Shown: positions 37,122-49,893 of the stretch, piece by piece
Numbering within the stretch: the stretch's first letter is position 1
Layout of the letters: every line of letters begins with the position of its first letter
NCBI GenBank assembly: GCA_902552985.1
Contig: CACDII010000004.1
Coordinates: 2,540-66,539, forward strand
Length of the DNA stretch: 64,000 bases
Direction: 5' to 3'
Source: an uncultured Pelagibacteraceae bacterium
Lineage (GTDB): Bacteria; Pseudomonadota; Alphaproteobacteria; Pelagibacterales; Pelagibacteraceae
Notes under the pieces: model-generated
What the model was told of the DNA's origin: nothing
Database searches by the model: none
The model's input: only the letters and a program-made list of their open reading frames with translations
Program-made: the position numbers and the translations under genes

Positions 37122-37180
37122 AATATTTTCACTATACAATTAATTAAGACATATTTGTGTTTTTTCAATAAAAGAAATTT

Positions 37181-37693
37181 ATGAAATCAAAAAAAAACCT
37201 AATTTTAACAGGCATGATGGCTTCCGGAAAGTCCACAATAGGCTATTTAATTTCAAAAAGACTAAATATAAATTTTGTTGATATTGATAAAATTATTGAA
37301 AAAGAAATGAAGATGAAAATTTATGATATTTTTAAAAAAAAAGGTGAATTTTTTTTTCGAAAACTAGAGGAAAAAACCACAATTAATTTTTTAAAATCTT
37401 ATAATAATGTTATATCCCTTGGTGGTGGCGGTTTTTTAAACAAAAAAATAAGAGATGAAATAATATCACATCACTTGTCTTTTTGGCTAAACTGGGAAGC
37501 AAAAACGTTAATAAATAGAATTAATAAAAACAAGACAAGACCGTTAGCTGCTAACTTGAGCAATTTAGAGATCAACGATCTAATTTTAAGTCGTTCAAAA
37601 ATATATTCTAAAGCAAATTTTGAAATAAACTGTAATAATCATACAAAAAATGAAATAGTTAAAAAAATTATAAATTTATATGAAAATAACTAA
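37181..37693 (+). CDS. aroK: shikimate kinase
   Basis: GMMASGKST, DID, GE..FR..E, SLGGG, RPL. Confidence 0.93.
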   Translation: MKSKKNLILTGMMASGKSTIGYLISKRLNINFVDIDKIIEKEMKMKIYDIFKKKGEFFFRKLEEKTTINFLKSYNNVISLGGGGFLNKKIRDEIISHHLSFWLNWEAKTLINRINKNKTRPLAANLSNLEINDLILSRSKIYSKANFEINCNNHTKNEIVKKIINLYENN

Positions 37694-38786
37694 ATTAAAA
37701 GTAAATACAAAAAATAGTAAATATTCAATAATTATTGGATCTGGAATAATTAATAAACTATCTAAAATTCTAAATCAAAATTCAATAAAATTTAATAAAT
37801 CTTTATTAATTATAGACAGTAAAGTTCCAAAAGTTTTAATAAAAAAAATAATTAAATCTTTATCTAAAAAAAAAAGAATTGTTTATTTATTTAAAGCGAG
37901 TGAATTAAATAAAAATCAAAAAAGCGTTAACAAGATATTAGAAATCCTTTTAAAAAATAATTTTCATAGAAATGATTGTTTGATATCTATAGGTGGTGGT
38001 ATTGTAGGAGACGTATCTGGATTCGCAGCAAGCATTTTTAAAAGAGGAATTAAATTTATAAATATTCCTACTACACTTTTAGCGCAAGTTGACTCATCAA
38101 TAGGAGGTAAAACGGGAATAAATACGTCTAGTGGAAAAAATTTGATCGGATCATTTTATCAACCATCTATAGTTATATCCGATACTAACTTTTTAAAAAC
38201 ACTTCCAAAAAGAGAGGTAATTTGTGGCTATGGTGAAATATTAAAACATTCAATAATTTCTAATAAAAAGTTTTTTTTATTTTTAAATAAAAATGCATCA
38301 AAAATTTTAAATTTAAAATCACCTTACATAGAAAAATCAATCTACCAAAGCTGCTTGATTAAAAAAAAAATAGTCGAGAAGGATGAAAAAGAAACAAAAT
38401 TAAGAAAAGTACTAAATTTTGGACATACATTTGCACATGCATATGAAGCTTCATTAAAATATTCAAAAAAATTAAATCATGGTGAAGCCGTTATTATGGG
38501 AATAATTAGTGCATCTAAATTTAGTTTAAAAAGTAATTTATTATCAAAAAATGAGTTTCAATTGATTAGTAATCATTTGAGCAGATTTAAATTAAAGATG
38601 CCACTTAAAAAATATTTTTCTATTAATAATTTAAAAACTATAATTTCGTTTATGAATAAGGATAAAAAAAATAATAGCGATAAAATTAATCTAATTTTAT
38701 TAAAAAAAATTGGTAGTCCTATTATAGATTTAAAATTTAATCAAAAAATAATAAGTTCTTTTTTAAAAAATGAACTAATGAATTAA
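37680..38786 (+). CDS. aroB: 3-dehydroquinate synthase
   Basis: GGGIVGD, PTTLLAQVDSSIGGKTG, LNFGHTFAHA, HGEAV. Confidence 0.96.
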   Translation: MKITKLKVNTKNSKYSIIIGSGIINKLSKILNQNSIKFNKSLLIIDSKVPKVLIKKIIKSLSKKKRIVYLFKASELNKNQKSVNKILEILLKNNFHRNDCLISIGGGIVGDVSGFAASIFKRGIKFINIPTTLLAQVDSSIGGKTGINTSSGKNLIGSFYQPSIVISDTNFLKTLPKREVICGYGEILKHSIISNKKFFLFLNKNASKILNLKSPYIEKSIYQSCLIKKKIVEKDEKETKLRKVLNFGHTFAHAYEASLKYSKKLNHGEAVIMGIISASKFSLKSNLLSKNEFQLISNHLSRFKLKMPLKKYFSINNLKTIISFMNKDKKNNSDKINLILLKKIGSPIIDLKFNQKIISSFLKNELMN

Positions 38787-39035
38787 AATCTGAATAGAAT
38801 GAATATGTGTTTTTAATTCTTTATCTAAAATATTATAAATTTTTTTAGTTGATTCTATTTTGTTCATTTTTTTTAACTCTAAAGACGTAATAATTAATTT
38901 TAAATGAAATTTACCGATTTTGTGTGATTCATGATTTTTATGAAGAAAAGTTTTATCTTCAACATCTATTTTTTCTAATGAAATACTATTTCTAATTTTT
39001 TTTTTAATTGTTGAAATTAATTCATTTATATCCAT
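38775..39035 (-). CDS. BolA-family protein
   Basis: ED..LH..H, FHLKL.I.S, IY.IL..EL..IHS. Confidence 0.75.
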   Translation of the reverse strand: MDINELISTIKKKIRNSISLEKIDVEDKTFLHKNHESHKIGKFHLKLIITSLELKKMNKIESTKKIYNILDKELKTHIHSIQILIH

Positions 39036-39061
39036 AAGAAATATTTATATAATAGCATAAT

Positions 39062-39571
39062 ATGAAAAATATTTGTGATTGGAACAACTGTTTTGAAATG
39101 GGAGAATACAAAGCCCCAATAGAAAAAGATAATAGTAAAAACTATAGATTATTATGTTTAAAACATGTTAAAGAATTCAATAAGAATTGGAACTATTTTT
39201 CAGGAATGAATGATGAACAAATTTATAATTTTTTAAAATCTGATATGACTTGGCACAAAAAAACTCAAAGTTTTAGCTCTTCAGACAATTTTTTCAAAGT
39301 CCTTTGGAATAATACTTTGAAAGATGAATTTGATAAATCAAAATTGAGAAATGATTTTAAATTTGACCATAAAGATATAAAGGCCTTTGGTATTTTGGGA
39401 TTAAGTGTTGGTTTGAAATGGGAAAAAATACAAAACAAATTTAAAACTCTTGTCAAAAAATTTCACCCTGATATGAATCCAGGAAATAAAAAATATGAGG
39501 AAAAACTAAAACTAATTACTTTAGCTTATACTCAACTAAAAAATACTTATAGAGAAAAAATTGACTACTAA
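39062..39571 (+). CDS. J-domain protein with N-terminal Cys/His cluster
   Basis: CDWNNC..APIE..CLKHV.EFNK.WNYF; C-terminal HPD J-domain. Confidence 0.85.
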   Translation: MKNICDWNNCFEMGEYKAPIEKDNSKNYRLLCLKHVKEFNKNWNYFSGMNDEQIYNFLKSDMTWHKKTQSFSSSDNFFKVLWNNTLKDEFDKSKLRNDFKFDHKDIKAFGILGLSVGLKWEKIQNKFKTLVKKFHPDMNPGNKKYEEKLKLITLAYTQLKNTYREKIDY

Positions 39572-40535
39572 TCTAAATATACAGCCAGATATAAAAATAT
39601 CTACAAAACAAGTTTTTGGAATTGATTCAAATTTGGAAATAGATGCCTTTTCAAAAAAAAATGATTATGTACCTGAAATTGATAAAAATTACAAATTCGA
39701 CAGAGATACTACCTTAGCTATTTTGACTGGATTCAAATACAACAAGAGAGTTTTGATTCAAGGATACCATGGAACAGGTAAATCTACCCATATAGAGCAA
39801 GTTGCAGCAAGATTAAATTGGCCTTGCATAAGAGTAAATCTTGATAGTCATGTGAGCAGAATTGATTTGATAGGAAAAGATGCAATAGTACTTAAAGATA
39901 AAAAACAAGTAACAGAATTTAAAGAGGGTATATTACCTTGGTCAATTCAAAATTCAGTTGCGCTAGTTTTTGACGAATACGATGCTGGACGTCCAGATGT
40001 TATGTTTGTAATTCAAAGAGTTTTGGAATCAGAAGGAAACTTTACATTATTAGATAAAAATAAAGTACTAAAGCAAAATAAATTTTTTAGATTATTTGCT
40101 ACAACCAACACTGTGGGATTGGGTGATACGACTGGATTATATCATGGAACTCAGCAAATTAACCAAGGACAGATGGATAGATGGAATATAGTAACAACTT
40201 TAAATTATTTGAATTTAGAAAGTGAAATGGAAATTATTTTAGGAAAAAATAAAAATCTAAATAATGCAAAAGGTAAAGAGAAAGTATCAAATATGATAAA
40301 AGTTGCATCATTAACTAGAAAAGGTTTTATAGCAGGTGATATATCTACAGTAATGAGTCCACGAACAGTTTTGCACTGGGCTGAAAATGCAGAGATTTTT
40401 AAAGATACCGGCTATGCTTTTAGAGTGACCTTTTTAAACAAGTGTGATGAAGCAGAAAAAAACATAATAGCTGAATATTATCAAAGATGCTTTGGAGAAG
40501 ATTTACCTGAGTCAATGATAAATATTCAGATTTAA
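39561..40535 (+). CDS. cobS: CobS-like MoxR-type AAA+ ATPase (TTG start)
   Basis: GYHGTGKST Walker [13 protein letters not shown] Walker B, NT.GLGD.TGLYHGT, MSPR. Confidence 0.9.
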   Translation: MTTNLNIQPDIKISTKQVFGIDSNLEIDAFSKKNDYVPEIDKNYKFDRDTTLAILTGFKYNKRVLIQGYHGTGKSTHIEQVAARLNWPCIRVNLDSHVSRIDLIGKDAIVLKDKKQVTEFKEGILPWSIQNSVALVFDEYDAGRPDVMFVIQRVLESEGNFTLLDKNKVLKQNKFFRLFATTNTVGLGDTTGLYHGTQQINQGQMDRWNIVTTLNYLNLESEMEIILGKNKNLNNAKGKEKVSNMIKVASLTRKGFIAGDISTVMSPRTVLHWAENAEIFKDTGYAFRVTFLNKCDEAEKNIIAEYYQRCFGEDLPESMINIQI

Positions 40536-42317
40536 ATGAAGAAAGAAGAAAATCTAAAAGAAAAGTTCAGACAAGCTCTAACATCCACTGTAAAAGTAAT
40601 ATCTGATGACTACAAACCTAGTTTTGACAAAAAAAGTAAGAATTTAAAGGACTATAATTTTTTCGAACTAGATAATTTAAATAGCAGAAGTGATTTTATT
40701 AGATTTAGAGCAGAAGCGGATTCAGAAGCTTTAAAAAAAAAATTTTCTAGTAAAGAAATTTATAAAAAATATCTACCTAATAGTACATCTTGTAAATCTT
40801 TATATGATATTGCAGAAAAAATCAGATATGAAATTTTAGGTTCAAAAATGTTAAAAGGAATTTCTAAAAATATAAACGAAAACTATATTCAAAAAATGAA
40901 CCTTAAACGTAAAGATCAGCTAAAAAGCAAAGATGATGTTAATGTTAGTGAGGCTTTTGAGTTATATATGCTTAAAAATTTTTTAGACATTAAATTGAAT
41001 GATTTGTCTTCTAAAATTTTAAGTTTTTGGGAAAAAGATTTTAATGACTCGTTTAATAATCAAATTGAATTTTTAATTAAAAATACTGAAAAACAAGAAA
41101 TATATAATTCAAAATTCTCCGAAATACTTGAAAAAATGGACATTTTTGAATCAGAAAATGAAGAGAAAAACCAACAAGAAAATGAAGATACTAATCAAAA
41201 TGATAGTCAACAAAACAATGAACAAGAACAAATTCAAAATAAACAAGATGAAAGTGAAAGTGGAATAGAGGGTGATTACAATCTCGACGAATATTCAATT
41301 GATGAACAAATTATAGATACAAATTCAGAAAAGCAAAATTATGAAAAAATAATACAAAAAATGAATGCTAGTTCAGTTGATAAAAACTACACAATTTATA
41401 CTGATAAATTTGATGAAATTGCAAAAGCTGAAAAGTTAGAAACTGAGGAAGAAATTGCTAAATTAAGAAAAAATTTAGATCAACAACTTATAACTTTTCA
41501 AGATCTTATAACTAAACTTGCCAACAAACTTCAAAGACAACTTTTGGCGAAGCAAAACAGATCTTGGGAATTTGATTTGGAAGAAGGATTATTAGATAGT
41601 TCAAAACTTCCAAGAATTATTATGGACCCTTACAATTCACTTTCTTTTAAAAAAGAAAAAGAATTAGAGTTCAAAGACACAATTGTAACCCTTTTAATTG
41701 ATAATTCAGGTTCAATGAGAGGAAGACCAATCACTATAGCAGCTTTATGCGCTGACATATTGTCCAGAACTCTAGAAAGATGTTCTGTAAAAGTTGAAAT
41801 TTTAGGTTTTACTACAAAAAATTGGAAAGGTGGAAAAAGTAGAGAAGAATGGAATAAAAATAATAAACCTAAAAATCCAGGTCGACTTAATGACTTAAGA
41901 CACATAATTTATAAAAGTGCAGACACTCATTGGCGTATTTCAAAAAAAAATATTGGTTTGATGCTTAAAGAAGGGTTATTAAAAGAAAATATTGATGGAG
42001 AAGCAATAACATGGGCCTACAATAGAATAAAAAAAAGAAAAGAAGAAAGAAAAATTCTAATGGTAATATCGGATGGAGCTCCGGTAGATGACTCGACTCT
42101 ATCGGTAAATAATGGTGATTTTTTAGAAAAACATCTCAAAAAAATTGTTAAATTTATTGAAGAAAAAAGTGATATTGAAATTTTAGCAATAGGAATAGGG
42201 CACGATGTTTCAAGATATTATAAAAAAGCAATCAAAATAGCAGATGTGCAAGAGCTTGGTGATGTAATGATAAGTCAGCTAAGTGGATTATTTGAAAATA
42301 AAAAAAAACTTAATTAA
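40536..42317 (+). CDS. cobT: CobT-like protein with acidic linker and C-terminal vWA domain
   Basis: [23 protein letters not shown] (MIDAS), [16 protein letters not shown]. Confidence 0.9.
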   Translation: MKKEENLKEKFRQALTSTVKVISDDYKPSFDKKSKNLKDYNFFELDNLNSRSDFIRFRAEADSEALKKKFSSKEIYKKYLPNSTSCKSLYDIAEKIRYEILGSKMLKGISKNINENYIQKMNLKRKDQLKSKDDVNVSEAFELYMLKNFLDIKLNDLSSKILSFWEKDFNDSFNNQIEFLIKNTEKQEIYNSKFSEILEKMDIFESENEEKNQQENEDTNQNDSQQNNEQEQIQNKQDESESGIEGDYNLDEYSIDEQIIDTNSEKQNYEKIIQKMNASSVDKNYTIYTDKFDEIAKAEKLETEEEIAKLRKNLDQQLITFQDLITKLANKLQRQLLAKQNRSWEFDLEEGLLDSSKLPRIIMDPYNSLSFKKEKELEFKDTIVTLLIDNSGSMRGRPITIAALCADILSRTLERCSVKVEILGFTTKNWKGGKSREEWNKNNKPKNPGRLNDLRHIIYKSADTHWRISKKNIGLMLKEGLLKENIDGEAITWAYNRIKKRKEERKILMVISDGAPVDDSTLSVNNGDFLEKHLKKIVKFIEEKSDIEILAIGIGHDVSRYYKKAIKIADVQELGDVMISQLSGLFENKKKLN

Positions 42318-43600
42318 ATAGTTTTTAAATCTTTATTTTGCCATTTAATATTTACCATTGCACCGTCTTTGTTCCCTAAATTTTCAAAACTCACAGATGC
42401 ATAATTTCTTTCTAAAAGAGTTTTGCCGATAAAAGTTCCAAGTCCAAATCCATATTTTGAAATTTCATTATTATTTTTTGATCTAATATAAGGCTCTCCT
42501 AATTTATTTTTGTCAATTAAATCTTTGGGGAAACCAGGACCATTATCTTTTATTATTATGCAGGTTTCTTTTTCGTTACTTTCTAATAAAATTTCTATTT
42601 TATCTTTACTAAATTTATTTGCGTTTCCAATAAAATTTCTAAGTCCATATATAATTTCAACAGATTTATGAATTTTTATTTTTGTTTTGAATTTATCTAA
42701 ATTAACTAAAAATTTCTTCTTACTAATTTCCTCAAAAGAACTAACAATTTCTTGAATATATTCACTTAAAGAAATATTAGACCTAACAAATTCATCCTCT
42801 ATGTTTGGATTTAAAGATAACTTTTGCAATATTTGACTACACCTATTACTTTGACTTACCAACAAATCAAGATCTTTAGAAATTTTTTTATCTTTTGCAT
42901 ATTCTTTTTGTAATTCTTTTGCAGTTAATAGAATTGTAGATAATGGAGTTCCAAGTGAATGAGCCGCTGCTGCAGCTTGTCCTCCTAATGAAAGAAGTTC
43001 ATTTTCCTTTGCCATTATTTCTTGAATTTGGTCGTAAGCTTGTTTTCTAAATCTATTTTCTTCACCAAATTTAACTCCGTAATACACTAAAAAAATTAGA
43101 CCTATAACTATAGATAAAGGTATCGCTGATATGTAATAATCGGGAGCATGAAAATGAAGGTTTCCTGGACTTGGTAATTCTTCATGATAAAAAGTTAATA
43201 AAATCAAAGTTACTGTTGTTAAGATAACTAAAAAGATGGAACTTTTTATTTTTAAATATTGTGAAGAAAACACTGAGGGAACTATTAACAAAATAATAAA
43301 AGGATTAGTTATTCCTCCAGTCAAATATAATAAAGTTCCGAGCTGTAAAATATCAAATCCCAAATAAATCGAGGAAATTAAATTATTTATTTGATTATCT
43401 TTTATTAAAAATTGCAAATAAATATTAGTTAAAACACTTAAAAATATAATTGAAATACATAAAATGTAATTAAAATTATATTGAAGATAAAATTCAACAA
43501 ATAAAATTGCAATTATTTGACCTATATAAGCAATCCATCTAAGATTAACATAAGTGGATTTGTTTAACGAAAAAAGTTTTGAAATTTCAACAAACTTCAC
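42314..43600 (-). CDS. regB: RegB/PrrB/ActS-family redox-sensing histidine kinase
   Basis: [11 protein letters not shown] quinone motif, [11 protein letters not shown]-box, RCSQIL redox Cys, DNGPGF, G.GLG. Confidence 0.85.
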   Translation of the reverse strand: MKFVEISKLFSLNKSTYVNLRWIAYIGQIIAILFVEFYLQYNFNYILCISIIFLSVLTNIYLQFLIKDNQINNLISSIYLGFDILQLGTLLYLTGGITNPFIILLIVPSVFSSQYLKIKSSIFLVILTTVTLILLTFYHEELPSPGNLHFHAPDYYISAIPLSIVIGLIFLVYYGVKFGEENRFRKQAYDQIQEIMAKENELLSLGGQAAAAAHSLGTPLSTILLTAKELQKEYAKDKKISKDLDLLVSQSNRCSQILQKLSLNPNIEDEFVRSNISLSEYIQEIVSSFEEISKKKFLVNLDKFKTKIKIHKSVEIIYGLRNFIGNANKFSKDKIEILLESNEKETCIIIKDNGPGFPKDLIDKNKLGEPYIRSKNNNEISKYGFGLGTFIGKTLLERNYASVSFENLGNKDGAMVNIKWQNKDLKTI

Positions 43601-43603
43601 TTC

Positions 43604-45688
<2,085 letters not shown>

Positions 45689-45698
45689 TTATAACATT

Positions 45699-45726
45699 TT
45701 TATCAAATTAAATAAAATTTGATAAA
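45699..45726. repeat. perfect 11-6-11 inverted repeat in the gyrB promoter region
   Basis: TTTATCAAATT-AAATAA-AATTTGATAAA just upstream of a TG-n-TATAAT on the minus strand. Confidence 0.5.
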
Positions 45727-45842
45727 CGTATAATGCCTAAAAAGGCCCGGTAATTAATGATAATCTAGCAGTTTTAAATTTATTTTTCTATTTTTTGAAT
45801 TTAGTTAAAAAGTCACCGTTTTTAGTCGTAATTTTCATTTTT

Positions 45843-45932
45843 TGGCGGAGAGAGTGGGATTCGAACCCACGAAAGAGTTACCCCTTAACACGCTTTCCAA
45901 GCGCGCGCCTTAAACCACTCGGCCATCCCTCC
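45843..45932 (-). tRNA. tRNA-Ser(GGA)
   Basis: GGAGGGA..GCCGAGTGGTTTAAGGC..CGCGC-TTGGAAA-GCGTG, long variable arm, GTGGG-TTCGAAT-CCCAC, GCCA. Confidence 0.95.
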
Positions 45933-45945
45933 ATTTAATTAAATA

Positions 45946-47127
45946 TTAAATTAATCTAGGTTTCGGAATATGTGTTAAAAAAATTCCACCTTTTGAAATA
46001 AATTTCTTTTCCTTTTTAAATATTTCTTTTTTAAAATTCCAAGCACCAAGATATGCAACATCTACTTTTTTTTTGTCTAGTTGATTATATTTTTTTATAT
46101 AAATTTTACTACCGGGCATATATTTGTTTATTTTATCAGGTGTTGTGTCCATAAAATATTCTATTAGTTTATTATTAATTTTACAAAAATTTAAAACAGT
46201 ACTAGCTTTCGCTGTAGCCCCATACCCCATAACTTTTATTTTTTTTCTTTTAAGTTCCTTTAAAATTTTCAACAAATCAATTTTTGACTTGACAACGTTT
46301 CTAGCGAATTTTTTGAAAGTAGTATATTTGTCTAAGCCATATTTTAATTCTTTTTGTATTTCTTTCCTAACATTTTTATTAATTTTATATGATTTATTTA
46401 TTTTTTTTTTAATATAATATCTATTCGATCCTCCATGTGTATCTAAATTTTCGATATCAAAAATTTCTAAATTATATTCAGAAATAAATTTTTGAATTGC
46501 AATACTAGAAAAAACATAAATATGCTCACAATAAAACTGATCGTAAGCATTTTTTTTTACACATTCAAAAAGTGAAGGATCCTCTAAAATTAGTATCCCT
46601 TTATCAGATAGAGTTATATTTATAGCTTTAAAAACTTCATTTAAATTTTCTATATGACTTAAAGTATTTGCAGAATAAATTATATCAGCTCTTTTCTTTT
46701 TAATGATTTTATTGGCTAGTTGGGTATTCCAATATTTTTGTAAAGTTTTATATTTTAGTTTTTTTGTGATTTTTGCTAAATTGGCACATGGCTCAATTCC
46801 TATTACTTCCTCTTTATTAAAATGTTTTATAAAAGCACCATCGTTACTTCCTATCTCAATAATAAGTTTTGGGTTAAATTTTTTTTTAATTTTGTTTGCT
46901 AATTTTTCAAATTCTACTTTCATTGTTTTTGACTGAGAAGATCTGTATGGATACTTTTCGTTGAACATTAAATTTTTTGGAACTTTATTTATAATAGAAA
47001 CTAAAAAATTTTTTTTATTAAATCCTACTTTTAGTTTATATTTTTTTTCTTTTTTATATAAATTCTTCTTTTTTATAAAAGAGTTTGCAAGAGGTTGTTG
47101 TCCTAAATCAAGAAATTTTTTAAACAT
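45946..47127 (-). CDS. NDP-sugar C-methyltransferase-like SAM-dependent enzyme
   Basis: FLDLGQQPLANS, EIGSNDG, YDQFY.EH, HGGS, YGA.AK, AWNF. Confidence 0.82.
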   Translation of the reverse strand: MFKKFLDLGQQPLANSFIKKKNLYKKEKKYKLKVGFNKKNFLVSIINKVPKNLMFNEKYPYRSSQSKTMKVEFEKLANKIKKKFNPKLIIEIGSNDGAFIKHFNKEEVIGIEPCANLAKITKKLKYKTLQKYWNTQLANKIIKKKRADIIYSANTLSHIENLNEVFKAINITLSDKGILILEDPSLFECVKKNAYDQFYCEHIYVFSSIAIQKFISEYNLEIFDIENLDTHGGSNRYYIKKKINKSYKINKNVRKEIQKELKYGLDKYTTFKKFARNVVKSKIDLLKILKELKRKKIKVMGYGATAKASTVLNFCKINNKLIEYFMDTTPDKINKYMPGSKIYIKKYNQLDKKKVDVAYLGAWNFKKEIFKKEKKFISKGGIFLTHIPKPRLI

Positions 47128-47135
47128 ATGTAATT

Positions 47136-47942
47136 CTAATTTTTTAAATAAAATTTAAAAAATTTTAAAATACCCAGTAAATTTGAAACATTTATTAGCG
47201 CCTTATTTATTCTTAATAATAAAAAGTTAAAGGTAATAAATAATAGACTTTGTAAAAATTGTCTAATTATTTTTAATTTTCTAAGCTTATTTATCTTATA
47301 TTCAAATAAATATTCTCCGTATTTAAAATTTAGATTTCGAATTAAATTTACATATAAGTTTTTTTTCGAGGACTGTCCACTTTTATGATTAGCAAATGAA
47401 TTTGTAACTTGTATCATTTTGTATTCGCTTTGATTAATTTTTCTCATCAAAAAAATATCTTCCCAATATAAAAAGAAATCTTCATCAAAAAAACCAATCT
47501 TTTTTATTTTATTTGTATCGCATAGCATACATGAGGCATCTAATTTATTTTTAATTAAATATTTTTCTTTATATTTTTTTTTAACTTGATTTTGTTTTAT
47601 AAATTTAGGACCCGTAAAAATTAAATTTTTTTTATATGACATAGCTTTTTGCAAAAGTTTAATTGATTTTTCATTTATTATTACATCTGGCTGAGTAAAT
47701 AAAAAATATTTTGACTTCACTTTAGATAGTAAAAAGTTTGATGATTTGCTTAATCCTATATTTTTATTAGAAAAATAATAATCAAATTTTATTCCAGAAA
47801 TTTTTTTTATTTTATTTTTATAGTTTTTTTTGACTGCTTGTTCAAAAATTATTACTTTAAAATTTTTGTATTGTGACAGTAATTTTATTTTATCTTCATC
47901 CGTTTTATAAAGTGTGATTATAACTGTAATATCATTTTTCAT
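47136..47942 (-). CDS. GT2-family glycosyltransferase
   Basis: ITVII.LY, N.G.S..N, QPD, GFFDEDFFLYWED. Confidence 0.8.
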   Translation of the reverse strand: MKNDITVIITLYKTDEDKIKLLSQYKNFKVIIFEQAVKKNYKNKIKKISGIKFDYYFSNKNIGLSKSSNFLLSKVKSKYFLFTQPDVIINEKSIKLLQKAMSYKKNLIFTGPKFIKQNQVKKKYKEKYLIKNKLDASCMLCDTNKIKKIGFFDEDFFLYWEDIFLMRKINQSEYKMIQVTNSFANHKSGQSSKKNLYVNLIRNLNFKYGEYLFEYKINKLRKLKIIRQFLQSLLFITFNFLLLRINKALINVSNLLGILKFFKFYLKN

Positions 47943-48918
47943 AATAAAAGTTTTTAATTTTCCTTAAATAGAATAAAAAATTGTATCTTGCTTTTCTTAA
48001 ATAAAATTTAAATAAATCCTTAAGTAAAATTTTAAAAAAACCAATATATGTTTGATTTCTTTCTAACATTCCTTTACTTTTTTCTACCGGATGAGAATGC
48101 TCATACGTGATATGATAAATATTCATAAATATACTAATTTTCTTTTGTATATTGGTAAGCCTACCATCTAAGCCTGATCTTAAAGTAAAGATATTTTTTT
48201 GCTTACAATTTTTTTCTACAAGTTTTGACAAACCTATTAATTCATATTCAGAAAACATTGAGCCATTGTAAATTTCATGTTCTTCAAAAACAGACTTCAA
48301 AATTATCATCGATATCCATTCTGCTGTATTCATTGAATTTTTTTTCAAATAATTATTTAATTTTGTCGATAAAATTCTATTATCATCTAGACTAATAGCT
48401 GCGAATTGAGTTAATGATGAAACAAAATATGCAGGCAATGTGTCAAATATTTTTTTTACTGTTAAATAATATGGTTTATGAAACTCAAATAAAGTTCCAA
48501 AGCTATTTGAATTTTCTTTATCGAAAAATTTTATCTTTTTTAAAATTACCGTATCAGCATCCCAGATAATAATTTTTTCACTAGATTTATCTATAAAATC
48601 AATAATAAAAGATAGTTTTAAAACTTGTTGATAATACCAACTAAGTCTTTTTTGAAAGTTCTTTTTATATGAAATATTTTTCGACAGCTGAAAAAATATA
48701 TTTTTAAACTTTTCAAAAGACAAAATTTCATCTTCATTTACAATATTAAAATTACTAAAATTAAATGTACTTTTAAATAAATTGTAATCTTTTTTTGGAC
48801 AAATGAGAAAAAAATTTAAGTTTTTATAAAAACTTATAAAATTTAAATAGTTTTCATTAACTATGGAGATATCTCTAGCTAAGGAAACCTGACAAATATT
48901 TAGTTTTTCATCATCCAT
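47932..48918 (-). CDS. putative nucleotide-sugar transferase-like protein (DUF6492-like)
   Basis: WYYQQVLKL, WDAD (DxD), FSEYE motifs; glycosylation context. Confidence 0.55.
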   Translation of the reverse strand: MDDEKLNICQVSLARDISIVNENYLNFISFYKNLNFFLICPKKDYNLFKSTFNFSNFNIVNEDEILSFEKFKNIFFQLSKNISYKKNFQKRLSWYYQQVLKLSFIIDFIDKSSEKIIIWDADTVILKKIKFFDKENSNSFGTLFEFHKPYYLTVKKIFDTLPAYFVSSLTQFAAISLDDNRILSTKLNNYLKKNSMNTAEWISMIILKSVFEEHEIYNGSMFSEYELIGLSKLVEKNCKQKNIFTLRSGLDGRLTNIQKKISIFMNIYHITYEHSHPVEKSKGMLERNQTYIGFFKILLKDLFKFYLRKARYNFLFYLRKIKNFYYEK

Positions 48919-49081
48919 AAAATGGAATTTTTGTATATTTTAAGTTTTTTAAAAGAGTTAATGTTGTTTTATGTAATAAAATTATTATTGTATTATACTT
49001 AATGTTCATAAATCTAAAATTCTTTACAACAAATATGAGTACTAGAAATTTATTACAAATAAAATCAAAAAAATCTAAAAA

Positions 49082-49885
49082 ATGAATAATTTAAAAACAT
49101 ACTGTGTTACCGACATAGTTTCAAATAAATTAGAAAAATTAAATTTAACTCTAGCCTCTGTAGGTAAAAAAAAATTCCCTGAAAATTATATTAATTGTAA
49201 AAATGGAGATAATATTGAATTCAAAGAAGAATATTACTCCGAACTTACCTTCCATTACTGGTTTTGGAAAAACAAGTTGCAGAATTTTGATGAAAATATT
49301 TGGTTAGGATTTTGCCAAAAAAGAAGATTTTGGTTAAAAAATGATAATTTAATTATTTCAAACTTAAATGATTTGAATAATAATATTTTAAGGACTATTC
49401 CAGAAGAATGGGAAAAATATGATGTAATTTTATGCGAACCTATAAACGTTAGTCCAGCAAAAAAAGTAAAAATGATTAAAAGAGGATGGAAAAATCTTAT
49501 CAAGGATCCAACTATTTTTTTTAATGATAAAAAACAAACAATTAAACTTCAGTTTGATATGCACCATGGTTATGGCATACTTGATAAAGCAATTAATGTA
49601 ATGAATGAAAAAGATAGAGAAGATTTTAGAAAATTTGTAAATAACAGAATAAAATTTAGCCCTCACATTATGTTCATATCTAAAAAAAAAATTGCTAATG
49701 ATTGGTTTAAAAGTCTTTTTAAATGGCTTTATGATTGTGAAAAAATATTTGGTTTTAAAGATTTAACTGGTTACGATCAGAATAGACTTTACGCATATTT
49801 ATCTGAAAGATATCTTCCTTTCTGGTTTGAAAAATATTATAAAATAAAACTTTGCCCGTGGGTTTTTTTTGATACTGAAAAATAG
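49082..49885 (+). CDS. DUF4422-like glycosyltransferase-associated protein
   Basis: GDNI..K..YYSELT..YW.WKN, GF..RR, IMFI, RLYAYLSER. Confidence 0.78.
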   Translation: MNNLKTYCVTDIVSNKLEKLNLTLASVGKKKFPENYINCKNGDNIEFKEEYYSELTFHYWFWKNKLQNFDENIWLGFCQKRRFWLKNDNLIISNLNDLNNNILRTIPEEWEKYDVILCEPINVSPAKKVKMIKRGWKNLIKDPTIFFNDKKQTIKLQFDMHHGYGILDKAINVMNEKDREDFRKFVNNRIKFSPHIMFISKKKIANDWFKSLFKWLYDCEKIFGFKDLTGYDQNRLYAYLSERYLPFWFEKYYKIKLCPWVFFDTEK

Positions 49886-49893
49886 TTAAAAAA

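Noticed and set aside
41150-41290. Q/N/E/D-rich low-complexity stretch in cobT
   Set aside because: Normal acidic linker of CobT-family proteins; no exact tandem repeat.
45699-45726. dif (XerCD) site suggested by the 11-6-11 geometry
   Set aside because: Arms do not resemble the dif consensus (no TTATGTTAAAT-like XerD arm).
45788-45838. 16-codon ORF just downstream of tRNA-Ser on the minus strand (and a similar 16-codon ORF at 49035-49085, +)
   Set aside because: No SD, informative composition or recognisable motif; expected by chance.
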